Assembly: GCA_951406725.2 (NCBI GenBank)
Contig: OX597832.1
Location: 4,030,001-4,094,000 of the forward strand
Direction: 5' to 3'
From: Octopus vulgaris
Lineage: Eukaryota
Length of the DNA: 64,000 nucleotides
A program made the position numbers and the translations under genes. Of the stretch, positions 52,925-64,000 are shown in pieces. Position 1 is the first letter of the stretch. The number at the start of each line of letters is the position of its first letter. The notes under the pieces were generated by a model that saw nothing but the letters and a program-made list of their open reading frames with translations, was not told the DNA's origin and made no database searches.

Positions 52925-54240
52925 CCCTTAATTGCTTTATCTACCAAGGTACTGTCAATTTGGATAGCTGTTGGGTCGATATTTGGCAGACTCTCTTCCT
53001 CCCATTCATTCTCTTCATTTAGCAACCTTTCATAATGACATCTCCAAGTCTCTCTCTTTGCAGCCTCATTAAATGCAAGTGAGCCATCATCCATGCAGAC
53101 ACATTTCTCTCCCATGACATTATGATTCTCTCTCACACACTGTCTTGCAACACAAAACATTTCAAGTCTTTGGTCCTCATGACACAACATTGGCAAATTT
53201 TTTATCTGCTTCCCCTCTGGCTAAATAAACCTGTCTCCTAGCTTCCCTTCTGGCAATCTGATACAATCCCCTGCTACCACCCTTCTTCCAGTTCTGTTTC
53301 TTCTCTCTAATGGTCCTGTCAAATACACTATTTCACCACCACGTTACCTTGGGTCAAAAGTATGCTTTGCACCATTCACAGATCTGGTCAGTAGCCCTCA
53401 ACAGGTTGTCCCACAGGAACCTCCAGTTGTCTTCCACATCATGTGATGCTATATCCTCCTCTATTTCGTCAAAAGCTTCAAGTAATATGTCTCTAAATCT
53501 CTGTCCATTAACATGGTCCTTAAGCTTCTAGATCCATCTTTTCCATGCTGGTTGTCTACTGGGCATCCATTTAGCTCTGATCCTGAAGTCACTAACTACT
53601 AATCTATGTTGTGGGGTGCATTCTTCACCTGGGAAGGTTTTGGCATTTATAAGTAGCCATCTTTCTTGTTTCCTGGTGAGGATGTAGTCAATTTGACTAG
53701 TGTGTCCACCAGACCAGTAGGTGAATAGGTGACTGGCAAGTTTCCTGAAGTTACTGTTACAAACCATAAGATCAATTGCATTGCTGAATTCCAGTAGCCT
53801 GGTTCCCTCCTCACTGCAGGAACCAAAACCATAGCCACCACATATGCCATAGAAGCCCCCTGCATGTTGTCCAACATGCCCATTGAAGTTGCCAGCCACA
53901 AAGAGAAGGTCCCTGCCATTCATTGATGAGGTAGTCTGCAAGAGGGTGTCATAAAATCGGTCTTTCTGTCCATCGGGTAGCCCTGGCTGAGGGGCATAGG
54001 CCAAGATAATGGTTGCTAATCCATGTTGCAGTACTAGTCTAAGCTCAAGTATTCTATCACAGACTCTGACTACCTCGATTACCTTATCTACCCATTTCTC
54101 CACAAGAAGTATACCCACACCCCCAACCCCATCAGTGATCCCGACCCAGAAAATCTTATACCTATGTTCTTTGCCTGTAAGGAACCTAGCAGAACTTCTC
54201 CACCTTACTTCTTGAATGCAGCACAAATCTACATCTCCGT
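52925..54240 (-). mobile_element. RTE-clade LINE, 5' part (AP endonuclease and linker), decayed
   Basis: CIQEVRW, AYAPQ, GNFNGHVG, SQIDYIL and QHRLVVSDF endonuclease motifs in ORF 53528-54226. Sequence rejoins 50653 across the LTR insertion. Confidence 0.92.
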
Positions 54241-56863
54241 TCAGATATTGTTAATATTTCATATAAAGTTAAGGTGGTCAGCTAGCAGAATCAGAAGTAT
54301 TTTGTCCATCTTCACATTCTGAGCTCAAATTCTGCTGAGGTGAATTTTTCCTTTCATATTTTTGGGGTCAATAAAATAAGTACCAGTTGAGCACTGGAAT
54401 TGATGTAATCAACTTATCCTCTCCCCCAAAATTGCTGGCCTTGTGCCAAAATTTGAAACTAATATTTTGTATAAAGTCAAAGAGATCATCTTCAGAGTTT
54501 TGAAGTCTCCTAATATCACCAATATTCAAGAGGAATACCACTAACTGTGTGTCATATCACTAAACACTATTCAAACAATATGAAGTAATGAGGCAACTTG
54601 ATCAGAATAACAGCTAATTCTTCTTATATAACACTTCCCACCTTAAAAAAGGAAAGACAGTAAATAATGTAGTCCTACATTATTTACACACTACATCTAG
54701 AAAAGAAAATAGAAATAGATAGGATGGTCAAAGCTGGAATGCTTTTGATCAGAGCTGATATGAAACCCACAACTCAAATAATAAAGCGCTATATGTAACA
54801 CTCTTACAGAAAAAAACCGTTCCAGTTCCTACTTGCTTTGCTTTCAAATCAACAATGCTGTACAACTTTTCAACATTATTTTCACATAGAATGTCAAATG
54901 CAAAGACTTCTCTAATCACTCCAAACCAGACAGCCATTCTATTATTCTGTGACAGTGCACTCTCCAGCTAGCTCTTATTCTACCTTAATTTTCCCCTTTC
55001 TACAGGTCTCTTAGATCCAAACTATGGCTATACATGAGGATGTGAAATCATCATCAGAAATTATTAATGATTGTGAAGGTTTTGTTGTATAATATTCTTA
55101 ACTCAGAGTGATTGTGGTACAAGTGTTTCTGTTGTGTGCAGTGATTATGTCATTCTGCTGTTGAAAGAGAGACAAGATTAATGTCTCTACTGGAGAATGT
55201 CACTGAGATATATATTAACAACAGAGGCTGTATTAATACCAAGCAATAATATTTATCCCCACTTAAATGTGAATGTTCTGTTAGAACAGACCACAAGGGT
55301 TGCTGAAAAGTTCCTTGCTTTAAGGATATAATAAAAGCCTGGTTGGAAGCCCAACCTTCCAAGTTCTTCTACAGGGCTAGAAAAACTGAAGGACTGCTGC
55401 AATGAGTAAATCTGGGAGGGGAATATGTTGAATAAAATCATAACAGATCCTCCTGTATTTTCTTTCAGCACCCACCCTGTATACTGTGGTAGACAAACTT
55501 TCATACTGGCTTTTGGTGTAAAATGCTAGCAATATAAACAAGAGTGCGTTTTGCACCAAAAGCCAATACATGTGTTCCTCTCATGGTATCTACTGCAGTA
55601 TAGTTTGTTCTAACAGAACACCCACGTTTAAGTGGAGACAAATGTCACCAGTGTTTCTGTTCATGAAAGTAGTATAGATTTGTTTTAAGGTGTTTTGGTT
55701 GCATGTGATAACATTTGGGTGCATAAGGTTAGTGGAGAGTGAAAGGTGGTCTAATTTCAATAGTGGTGAGTTATGTTGGGAGTGACAGCATGTAGGTCAT
55801 TAATATACAGCACGTCGGGCGAAATGCTTATCGGTATTTCGTCAACTGCTACGTTCTGAGTTCAAATTCCGCCGAGGTCGACTTTGCCTTTCATCCTTTC
55901 GGGGTCGATTAAATAAGTACCAGTTACGTACTAGGGTCGATATAATCGACTTAATCTGTTTGTCTGTCATTGTTTGTCCTCTCTGTGTTTAGCCCCTTGT
56001 GGGTAGTAAAGAAAGAGAAATATACAGGAGGAAGGGTGTGGGTAACATAACCAAACCTTAGAACACACCAGAGTTGGTAGAGATCAGTTCAGGGATTGCT
56101 CTGTCAGTAAATACTATGATGGTGCAATTTGAGACTCTAACTGATCAGAGATTACAGGCATGATTCATCCTGTGTTACTCTATATAACAACAAAACCTCC
56201 AAAAGAATATACAATAGCAGTTGAACTTAGACTGGATGAGTTGAAATTAAGATTCAATCTTCAAATATTTTAATGATTTTGATAAAAGTAATTTTTCCCA
56301 GAATGATTTTAACTGCTTCCACTTAAACATTTTCACTTAATGAACAGGATTTTTTCCATTCAATAGTACCAAACTATATTTATCATTACAATATTTGTAG
56401 ATCGTTTTGGTGCCTTCTTTCTTTTGTTCATATTGAGATAAACAAGTTTTGTTTCCTAGTTTTAAATACCCTGTCTCAATTACATCTTTAAATGTCTTTC
56501 AAAAAGGCATAGAACAATATAAACAATGAAATTTTGTGGTGTGTATAAAAGTTTAAGTTATACACATACATGCAGGTATCTCTCTCTCTCTCTCTATCTA
56601 TGAAACAAATTCTTATTTGTAAGCTAACAAACTGTTCACACTAAACACCTTTTCTCTATCCATTTACTGCAACAGTTTTAATATTTTTCTGTAAAGAAAA
56701 ATCCATCATTTCTCAGGACTTTTTCATAAGTTCTTCACATTTTGCAAAGGTTTTACTATTTGTACACATTCATTTCCATAATTTTGTGTACAATTGTACT
56801 CAACACTCTTAAAAAATTTGTATTGGGAGCTTTTGAAATGTGTAAAATTATTTTATCAAAATA

Positions 56864-57509
56864 ACATGTGTGTGCCACTGAATAACCAAAAGCTACAAGT
56901 ATTTTGTTTGGAAAAAACCCTCCATAGATGTATCATGTTCAAAAACACAATATACTGTACTTCAGAGTTAGTGAAATGTAATCAGCCCAGAAACAAGCAC
57001 AAAATTAACATATATATTTAGTTGTTGCTGTGGCTTGGCAATGTCATGTACCTGTGTCACTTCCAAAATGAAACTGAATCAGCCAATCTGAAATATTCAG
57101 AGTTAGTGTATAAGCTATACACTAGTTTGCAAAAGCACCACATATGCAGAATAAAATTCAAATTATGCAATAGAAGCAGCCCTATAGTAAAAACTTTATC
57201 AATATAACATATTTAATAAATGTGTGTTGTTGAAAAACCAGAAACTGCAGTTTCTCACCTGGGAAAACCCTTTTATAGATTTACTGTGTTCAAAAACACA
57301 ATATATAAAGAGATAGGTGAAACGAAATCACTCCAGAAGTAACCAGAGGAGCAACGGATACATTTCACCGTTGTGGCTTGTCAAAGTCACATACTCATGT
57401 CACTTCTGAAGCAAAACTGAATCAGCCAGTCTGAAACATATAGAGTCAGTGTATTAACTATACACTGGTTTGCAAAGATGTTGCATAAACAGAATAAAAT
57501 TTGAATTAT
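56864..57509. repeat. Old tandem duplication, about 350-bp period, downstream of the PCID2 stop codon
   Basis: About 56864-57166 versus 57219-57509 share tgttcaaaaacacaatata, tgtggcttg, tgtcacttc, aaactgaatcagcca.tctgaaa and cagaataaaatt. Confidence 0.85.
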
Positions 57510-58086
57510 ATTTTCAGTTGATTTTTGTTTTGTTTTTTACATAAGTGTTAAATTTTGAAATTTGTTCACTCACAGATCTCTTTACAACATTTTGGTAAAA
57601 CACAATTCACATCAGACTCAGTTTTCCTTGTTCCCACCTCACTTTTAGGAAGCACAAACATTTTCACACATGACAGGAACTCCCACCTACCAAATTCAAT
57701 CACAAGGCTTCAGTAGGTAGAATTAAAAAAACAAAATACAACTTATATGAGCCATATCCACATACAGTAGAAGTCATAGAACCTCAGCTTTCTGTACAAG
57801 ATTTCAGATTTAATAGACCATAAAAAAATGCACAAGAAGAGAAAAATATAACAATTATAAATTTCTGATACAATGGATGAAAATTAACTCAATTTGAGTC
57901 AAAATGTTTATCTTTGCAAATAACCTTCAAATTTTTCAGGCAGTTTTGTCCTGTGTTTCTGTCTCCTTGAATTTCATAAAGCTGGTTTTATCCAAGTATG
58001 TTTACAAGATTTTCAGTCTTAAAGTTTGTGTGTGTAAAACTTCATACCACCAGATTCCATTCTTTTGTTTTTTTTTTCAAGATGAT

Positions 58087-58176
58087 TCAAAGAACAGTTG
58101 ATAGCAGAGGAAAAGGATTTTGTTTGCTGACAACCAGTTTCTGATGTTGATGAGAGATGTAGCCTTTTACTTTATT
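58087..58176 (-). CDS. PCID2: PCID2 terminal coding exon
   Basis: Minus strand tttctttctag acceptor. NKVKGYISHQHQKLVVSKQNPFPLLSTVL* is the characteristic PCID2 C-terminus and is in frame with the 60180-60236 exon. Confidence 0.93.
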   Translation of the reverse strand, partial: NKVKGYISHQHQKLVVSKQNPFPLLSTVL

Positions 58177-58239
58177 CTAGAAAGAAACGAAGCAAATGTA
58201 TTATAAAAATAATATTCAATTATAAAACATTTTTACTAT

Positions 58240-58760
58240 TTGGAGGGAACTTGTGGAAGGGGTAGACCCAGGAAAACATGAGACAAGGTGGTGAAGCACA
58301 ATCTTCAAATGTTGGGCCTCACGGAAGCATTGATAAGTGACCAAGACTTTTGGCAATATGCAGTGCTTGAGAAGAAGACCCATCAAGCCAAGTAAAACCG
58401 TAGCCATGGCTAATGCTGGTGTCATGTGACTGGCACCTGTATCAGTGGCATGTAAAGAGCACCCGTCAAACATTGGGCCTGATGGAGGCAATGGTAAGTG
58501 ACCAAGACCTTTGGCGATATTTTGTGCTTGAGAAGACCCATCAAGCCAAGTGAAATCATAGTCATGGCTGATGCAGGTATGATGTAAAAAGTATCCATTA
58601 CACACTTGGAATGGTTGGTATTAGGAAGGGCACCAAGCTGTAGAAACTGTGCCAAATCAGATTGGAACCTGGTGTAGTCCTTCAGCTTACAAGTTTCAGT
58701 CAAACCATCTAACCCATACTAGCAAGGAAAGTAGACACTAAATGATGATGATGATGATGA
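58240..58760 (+). mobile_element. RTE 3' fragment in the last PCID2 intron
   Basis: ggagggaacttgtggaaggggtagacccaggaaaacatg (EGTCGRGRPRKT) followed by 3'UTR and (GAT)n tail. Confidence 0.8.
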
Positions 58761-60179
58761 CTTGCTGAGACTGAAGGAAGGGGTAGTGCCCATGCCTTTT
58801 GCAGGGCCTCTGAGACTGGTGATACTGATGCTCTTCTAGGAACGAAGAAGCCAGCATAGTGACTAGTGTAAAGAAAGGGTGGCTGGACACCTCAAGGGTT
58901 CAGAGAAGTGAAGAGGTGAATGGGACAGGATTACCTGAGTAGTGGAGGTAAGAGGCCAACCAGTGCTGAGGTGGGTAGAGCTATTTAGAAGTGATAAGAA
59001 AAACAGTGAGAAGAAACAGCTTGTCTTTTGCCAGAGACTATAATGTGTCCAGACCTTCCTCTGGATATGATCCAAAATGATGTCAAAATAGGAGTTTTTA
59101 AACATTGAATGGCTTTGGGGGCCACCAATATAAAATAGTAACCAAAGGGGTCTATATATAAAAAATGATTGAGAACCCTTGGTCTAAATGTTACTCTAGT
59201 TCTCAGTCTTTAACTCATTCTTTAAATTTAAGTAATGTCTCTAAAGTTCTCTGAACTCCTCTCCTCCAGCCATTTTCTTGGCTATAAACAGGCATTACCC
59301 AACTATTGTATTCTAGTTCCTATATGGCAGCAGTACAACTCACAACCATAACATACTACTGTTTAACCCTACTGTCTTCTGTGGGTACTATGCAACTACA
59401 GTTTGATAGCAAAAGCTCCAGGTTTACAGTATTCTACTCTATATAATAAATTCTTTTCAGTCTCTGTGGATATAATTAAGGTTTACATAAACAATTTGGC
59501 TTGGCGTCCCTGCAATTTCATTAAAGGGGAGATCCTTGTTCAACTCCCCAGCAGAACACAAAAACAAAAACAGTAAAACTAAATAATGCAAAACATTTAG
59601 TCTGGTGCTCTGTTATTCTTACAATAGCGAATTCAAAAGATGAACGGGTAAGGTCTTAGAGAGATAAATCTGAATCCTAGTTTGAATTTCTGGTGATACT
59701 ACTTCTCACAGTCAGTACTTTTGAGAAAAAGCATGAATATCATAACTCCCCATTATCCCCTGCTCTAAAATATAGAGACTTTATGTCTAATACAAAATAA
59801 TAACAAAAAATATAGGCTAAGTAAATATATCCAGGGACGTTTGTTAACCAGATTGTGTGCAGATGTAGTTGAAATGATATATATGGACAAGAAGGTTAAA
59901 TGAACTGGTAAAAACATATATTTGAAGCTGTTTATGGTGAAAGTCTTCTTATAATTAGAAGAGTATTTAAGGCAGCAACATATAAAAACAGAAAATTCTT
60001 TTGTGTCTTTTCAAAATCCTTGACTGATATTTAAAAAAAGTGAAAGCTCTAAAGAGAAGTAAGTTTAATGTATGATCCCAACTCTAAGAAACACCGTAAT
60101 CTTTATTAGATTATATAAATTCTGTTTAAGCAAGAACATGAAATAGAATAATTAGGAATTTTAAAAAAGAAGTCCTTAC

Positions 60180-60236
60180 CTCATTTATTAAATTTGCTAA
60201 AATACATTCAGTTTCATCATTGTCAATGTCTTCAAC
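60180..60236 (-). CDS. PCID2: PCI domain-containing protein 2 (TREX-2 subunit), penultimate coding exon
   Basis: Minus strand ttttgcag acceptor and GTAAG donor, 57 nt. VEDIDNDETECILANLINE resembles the vertebrate PCID2 segment VEDVDIDEVQCILANLIY (recalled, not searched). Confidence 0.9.
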
Positions 60237-60289
60237 CTGCAAAATATAATTTATGAAACAAAATATTGATTTCAAATTTTGGCACAAAG

Positions 60290-61052
60290 ACAAAGCAGAA
60301 TACAGTAATGTATACATGGTGATGGGGGAAGAAACAATACATAATATTGTCTCTGGTTGCCCAGTCTTGACCAAGAAAGAATATATCCACAGACATGATA
60401 GTGCTGGAACTTACATACACTGGATGTCATACCAAAACTAAGGAATGCCAACAGAAAAGAGATTACATAGGCATACTCCAGAAAAGGTGTCACAAAATGA
60501 CAAAATAACCATTGGGCTGCCACCCTCTTGACACCCAAGCCACATTCCTAGCACACACACCCAACTAACCATCACAAACATAGACCTCTTTCTGAAGCAA
60601 ATTCAAAGCAACAGTATTTCACAAATAAAACTTAAAACTAATGAACCCATTATTTTGTTGTTTTTACATGAATCACCACTCCATTATTGCCCCAATATTC
60701 ACATGAATCGCTACCCCATTATTGCCCCACGTTTCTTTCCACTGCTCCCCTCGGGGGGGGGGGGGACCGCCCACTTTGGGAACCACTGTCCTAGTATATG
60801 CCAATACACACATAAGAAGATCAAGATGAATCAGTCAGATACTGTTGCCAAGAACAACAAATTCTTTAAAAAAACCTGGTAATTGGCATCCCAGATGACT
60901 ATGTATCTCTGAAAGAAAGAGAGAAACTATCAAAATACAAAGATCTGGAGACAGAAATAACCTGAAAACAGAAAACAATCCCTATAGGTGCTTTAGGTAT
61001 GGTCAAAAAACATGCAGACAAAACATAGCCAAAATCCCAGGACTTTACAAAT
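60290..61052 (+). mobile_element. R4/Dong/NeSL-type LINE remnant (restriction-like endonuclease region), interrupted
   Basis: ETIHNIVSGCPVLTKKEYIHRHD (zinc-finger/RH motif) and later KEREKLSKYKDL...PIGALG at about 60880-61005. Confidence 0.7.
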
Positions 61053-61055
61053 ATA

Positions 61056-61655
61056 TAGGTGCAGGAGTGGCTGTGTGGTAAGTAGCTTGCTTACCAACCA
61101 CATGGTTCTGGGTTCATTCCCACTGCATGGTACCCTGGGCAAATGTCTTCTACTATAGCCTCGGGCCGACCAAAGCCTTGTGAGTGGATTTGGTAGACGG
61201 AAACTGGAAGAAGCCCGTCGTATATATGTATGTATATATATATATATACACTCATGGAGTGGTTGGCGTTAGGAAGGGCATCCAGCCGTAGAAACATTGC
61301 CAGATCAGACTGGGCCTGGTGCAGCCTTCTGGCTTCCCAGACCTCAGTTGAACCGTCCAACCCATGCTAGCATGGAAAGCGGACGCTAAACGATGATGAT
61401 GATGATGATGTGATATATATATATATATATATATATGTGTATATGTTTGTGTGTCTGTGTTTGTCCCCCACCAACATCGCTTGACAACCGATGGTGGTGT
61501 ATTCACGTGCCCGTAACTTAGCGGTTCGGCAAAAGAGACCGATGGAATAAGTACTAAGCTTACAAAGAATAAGTCCTGGGGTTGATTTACTCGACTAAAG
61601 GCAGTGCTCCAGCATGGCCACAGTCAAATGACTGAAACAAGTAAAAGAGTAAGAG
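61056..61655 (+). mobile_element. Microsatellite-containing SINE with an RTE tail inserted in its internal (TA)n
   Basis: SINE head 61056-61222, RTE 3' end 61250-61410, SINE tail 61440-61655. Confidence 0.85.
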
Positions 61656-61804
61656 ATTATATATAGGCACCACTCACATCTGACAGAGCAGAGCACTTTC
61701 AATACAAACCACCGCACATACCCAAGGCACACACAATTGTGCTCAAGAGTGTAATGAGAGCAGGGAATAAACACAAAAGTAGTGAACAACAATAATAAAC
61801 TTAA

Positions 61805-63120
61805 TATAGGCACAAGGGCTGAAATTTTGGAGGAGGGAGTAATTGATTACATCAATACCCAATAATTGACTGGTACTTATTAACCTTGAAAGAATGAAAG
61901 GCAACATAGGCAGAATTTAAACACAAAATGTGAAGTCTGAAGAAAAATGCTGCTGAGCACTTTTCCTGCCGCACTAACAATTCTGCCAGCTTACTGCCTT
62001 TAACAATTACAACAATAACCCTTTTCACTATAGGTACAAAGCCTGAAATTTGGGGGATGGGAACTAGTTGATTACATCAACCACACTGTTCAACTGGTAC
62101 TCATTTCATTGATCCTAAAAAGGATTTGAACTCAGAATGTAAAGACGGACAAAATGACACTCAATATTTTGTCCACCATGCTAACAATTCTGCCAGTTTC
62201 AGGCGATAATAATAATAATAATAACAATAATAATGGTTTCAAATTTTGGCACAAGGCCAGCCATTTCGGGAGAGGGGGTAAGTCAATTACATTGACCCCA
62301 GTGCTCAACTGGTACTTATTTTATCCACTCTGAAAGGATGAAAGGCGGTGTGGACCTCAGTGGAATTTGAATTCAGAATGTAAAGACAGATGAAACACCA
62401 CTAAGCCATTTTGCCCAGCATGCTAACAATTCTGCCAGCTTGCTGCCTTAATAATAATAATCCTTATTGAAGACCTGTTGAGGCAAGTGAGGATCAGAAT
62501 CGAAATCGATCAATGGAAATTGCAGATGTGTTACCAGTGCCGGTGGCATGTCGAAACTCTACTTGTGAAGACCCGTTGAGGCAAGTGAGGATCAGAATGG
62601 AAATCGATCAATGGAAATTGCAGATGTGTTACCAGTGCCGGTGGCATGTAAGAGAACCTTCCGTTTCGTGACCGTTGCCAGCACCGCCCCGTTTCGTGTC
62701 CGTTGCCAGCCTCGCCTGGCCCTTGTGCCGGTGGCACATAAAAAGCACCATCCGTTCGTGGCCGTTTGCCAGCTCTGTCTGGCACCTGTGCGGGTGGCAC
62801 GTAAAAAGCACCCACTACACTCACGGAGTGGTTGGCGTTAGGAAGGGCATCCAGCCGTAGAAACACTGCCAGATTTGACTGGGCCTGATGAAGCCTTCTG
62901 GCTTCACAGACCCCAGTAGAACCGTCCAACCCATGCTAGCATGGAAAATGGACGCTAAACGATGATGATGATGATGATGAATAAAGGCACAAGGACTGAA
63001 ATTTTGGGGAAGGGGACTAGTCGATTACAGCAACCCCAATGTTTCACTGGTACTTAATTTATTGACTCCGAAAGGACGAAAGGCAAAGTCAACCTTAGCA
63101 GAATTTGAACTCAGAATGTA
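61805..63120 (-). mobile_element. Cluster of four head-to-tail Meta-domain-like SINEs
   Basis: Copies at about 61805-62000, 62030-62200, 62233-62450 and 62985-63120, separated by (AAT)n. An RTE tail lies between the last two. Confidence 0.8.
62468..62980 (+). mobile_element. RTE 3'UTR fragment with an internal ~84-bp direct duplication
   Basis: 62468-62551 is repeated at 62566-62649. Ends in ggacgctaaacgatgatgatg. Shorter tails of the same family lie at about 44101-44350, 45048-45340 and 61250-61410. Confidence 0.8.
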
Positions 63121-64000
63121 ACAATGAGCACAAGCTTGAGGAAAGAGACCCTGTGAGACCCCTGACAACAGGCTGCGATCCACTTTCACAGAATGAACCA
63201 GAGCAAGTAAGACCAAGAGCTCTGAGAAGTATAATAATAATAATAATCATAATAATAATGATTTAAGCATTGGCACTAAGGCTGCTGCACTCACTGTCAT
63301 CCACCAACTCTCATCCCTCAACACTCCATTTACTATCACCCACCACTTTACACACTAATATAGATCAGGAAGATATGTATAATAGTTTAGTTACATAAAA
63401 GATTTTAGACAGACCTGCATAAATTTCAGAACAGTAGTGAATGATTCAATAGGAAGCTGGTGACTTTTTTGGATCAAATAACTGAAATGGAAAACAGAAT
63501 TACATATAACAACAGTTTGAGGAATGTAATTAAAGAATTTCAAAGAGTATCAATAAGAATGTCAATGAAAATAAACTGTGCGTGGAAGCTGCTCATGCAA
63601 ACACTGTATATCACATTTGATTTGTCAGTATTTAGTTCCGAAACAGTTTAATCCTTGTGGTAGAGGCTCAACACTAAGTGCAATCCATTGCATACCCAAG
63701 GCCTCAACAGTGGAACAAACAGAGAAAGGGAGTATCATTACTCAATGGTTGTGAAGGTAGATGATGGCTGCAGCATCTGCTTAAGCTCCAATCGTTTTTT
63801 AATTTCCTTGCCATTGGGATCAGCTTGAGGAGTTTAACAAGCAAAATAAAATTTTAGTTTTTTTTTCTTAATTAGTGATTAATAAATAAAAAAGGACCTC
63901 AACTATATTCAGTTGTTTCTGAAAAACCAAGGTGGACACTTAAGTTATAATCAATCAAGCAAACAAACTAGATAGAAACATGGAACCTAAATTTTTGGTA

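Noticed and set aside
56337-56471. Minus-strand open stretch GYLKLGNKTCLSQ...NGKNPVH* as an alternative PCID2 terminal exon
   Set aside because: No polypyrimidine tract before the AG and no convincing PCID2 similarity. The canonical terminal exon is present at 58087-58176.

Overview
AT-rich, repeat-dense eukaryotic genomic DNA. The SINE families, (CAT)n-tailed RTE LINEs and microsatellite load suggest an octopod cephalopod (inference). Two convergent genes are partly present: the last four coding exons of a divergent Na+/K+-ATPase beta-subunit gene on + (18452-29855) and the last two coding exons of PCID2 on - (58087-60236). Almost all ORFs in the supplied track are microsatellite or transposon artefacts. 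Mobile DNA includes two TIR-bounded mariner fossils, MITEs, many SINEs, RTE, BovB-like and R4-like LINE fragments, and a non-coding LTR element with a tRNA-Trp primer site nested in an RTE. The most unusual structure is at 16062-18313. It is a ~350-nt repeat with an intact minimal type I hammerhead ribozyme core (retrozyme or Penelope pseudo-LTR-like, arranged as partial tandem plus inverted copies). An ORF1-only Tx1/L1-like element has inserted into it exactly at the ribozyme core boundary, with a 16-bp target duplication that leaves the ribozyme intact. All coordinates and alignments were done by eye.
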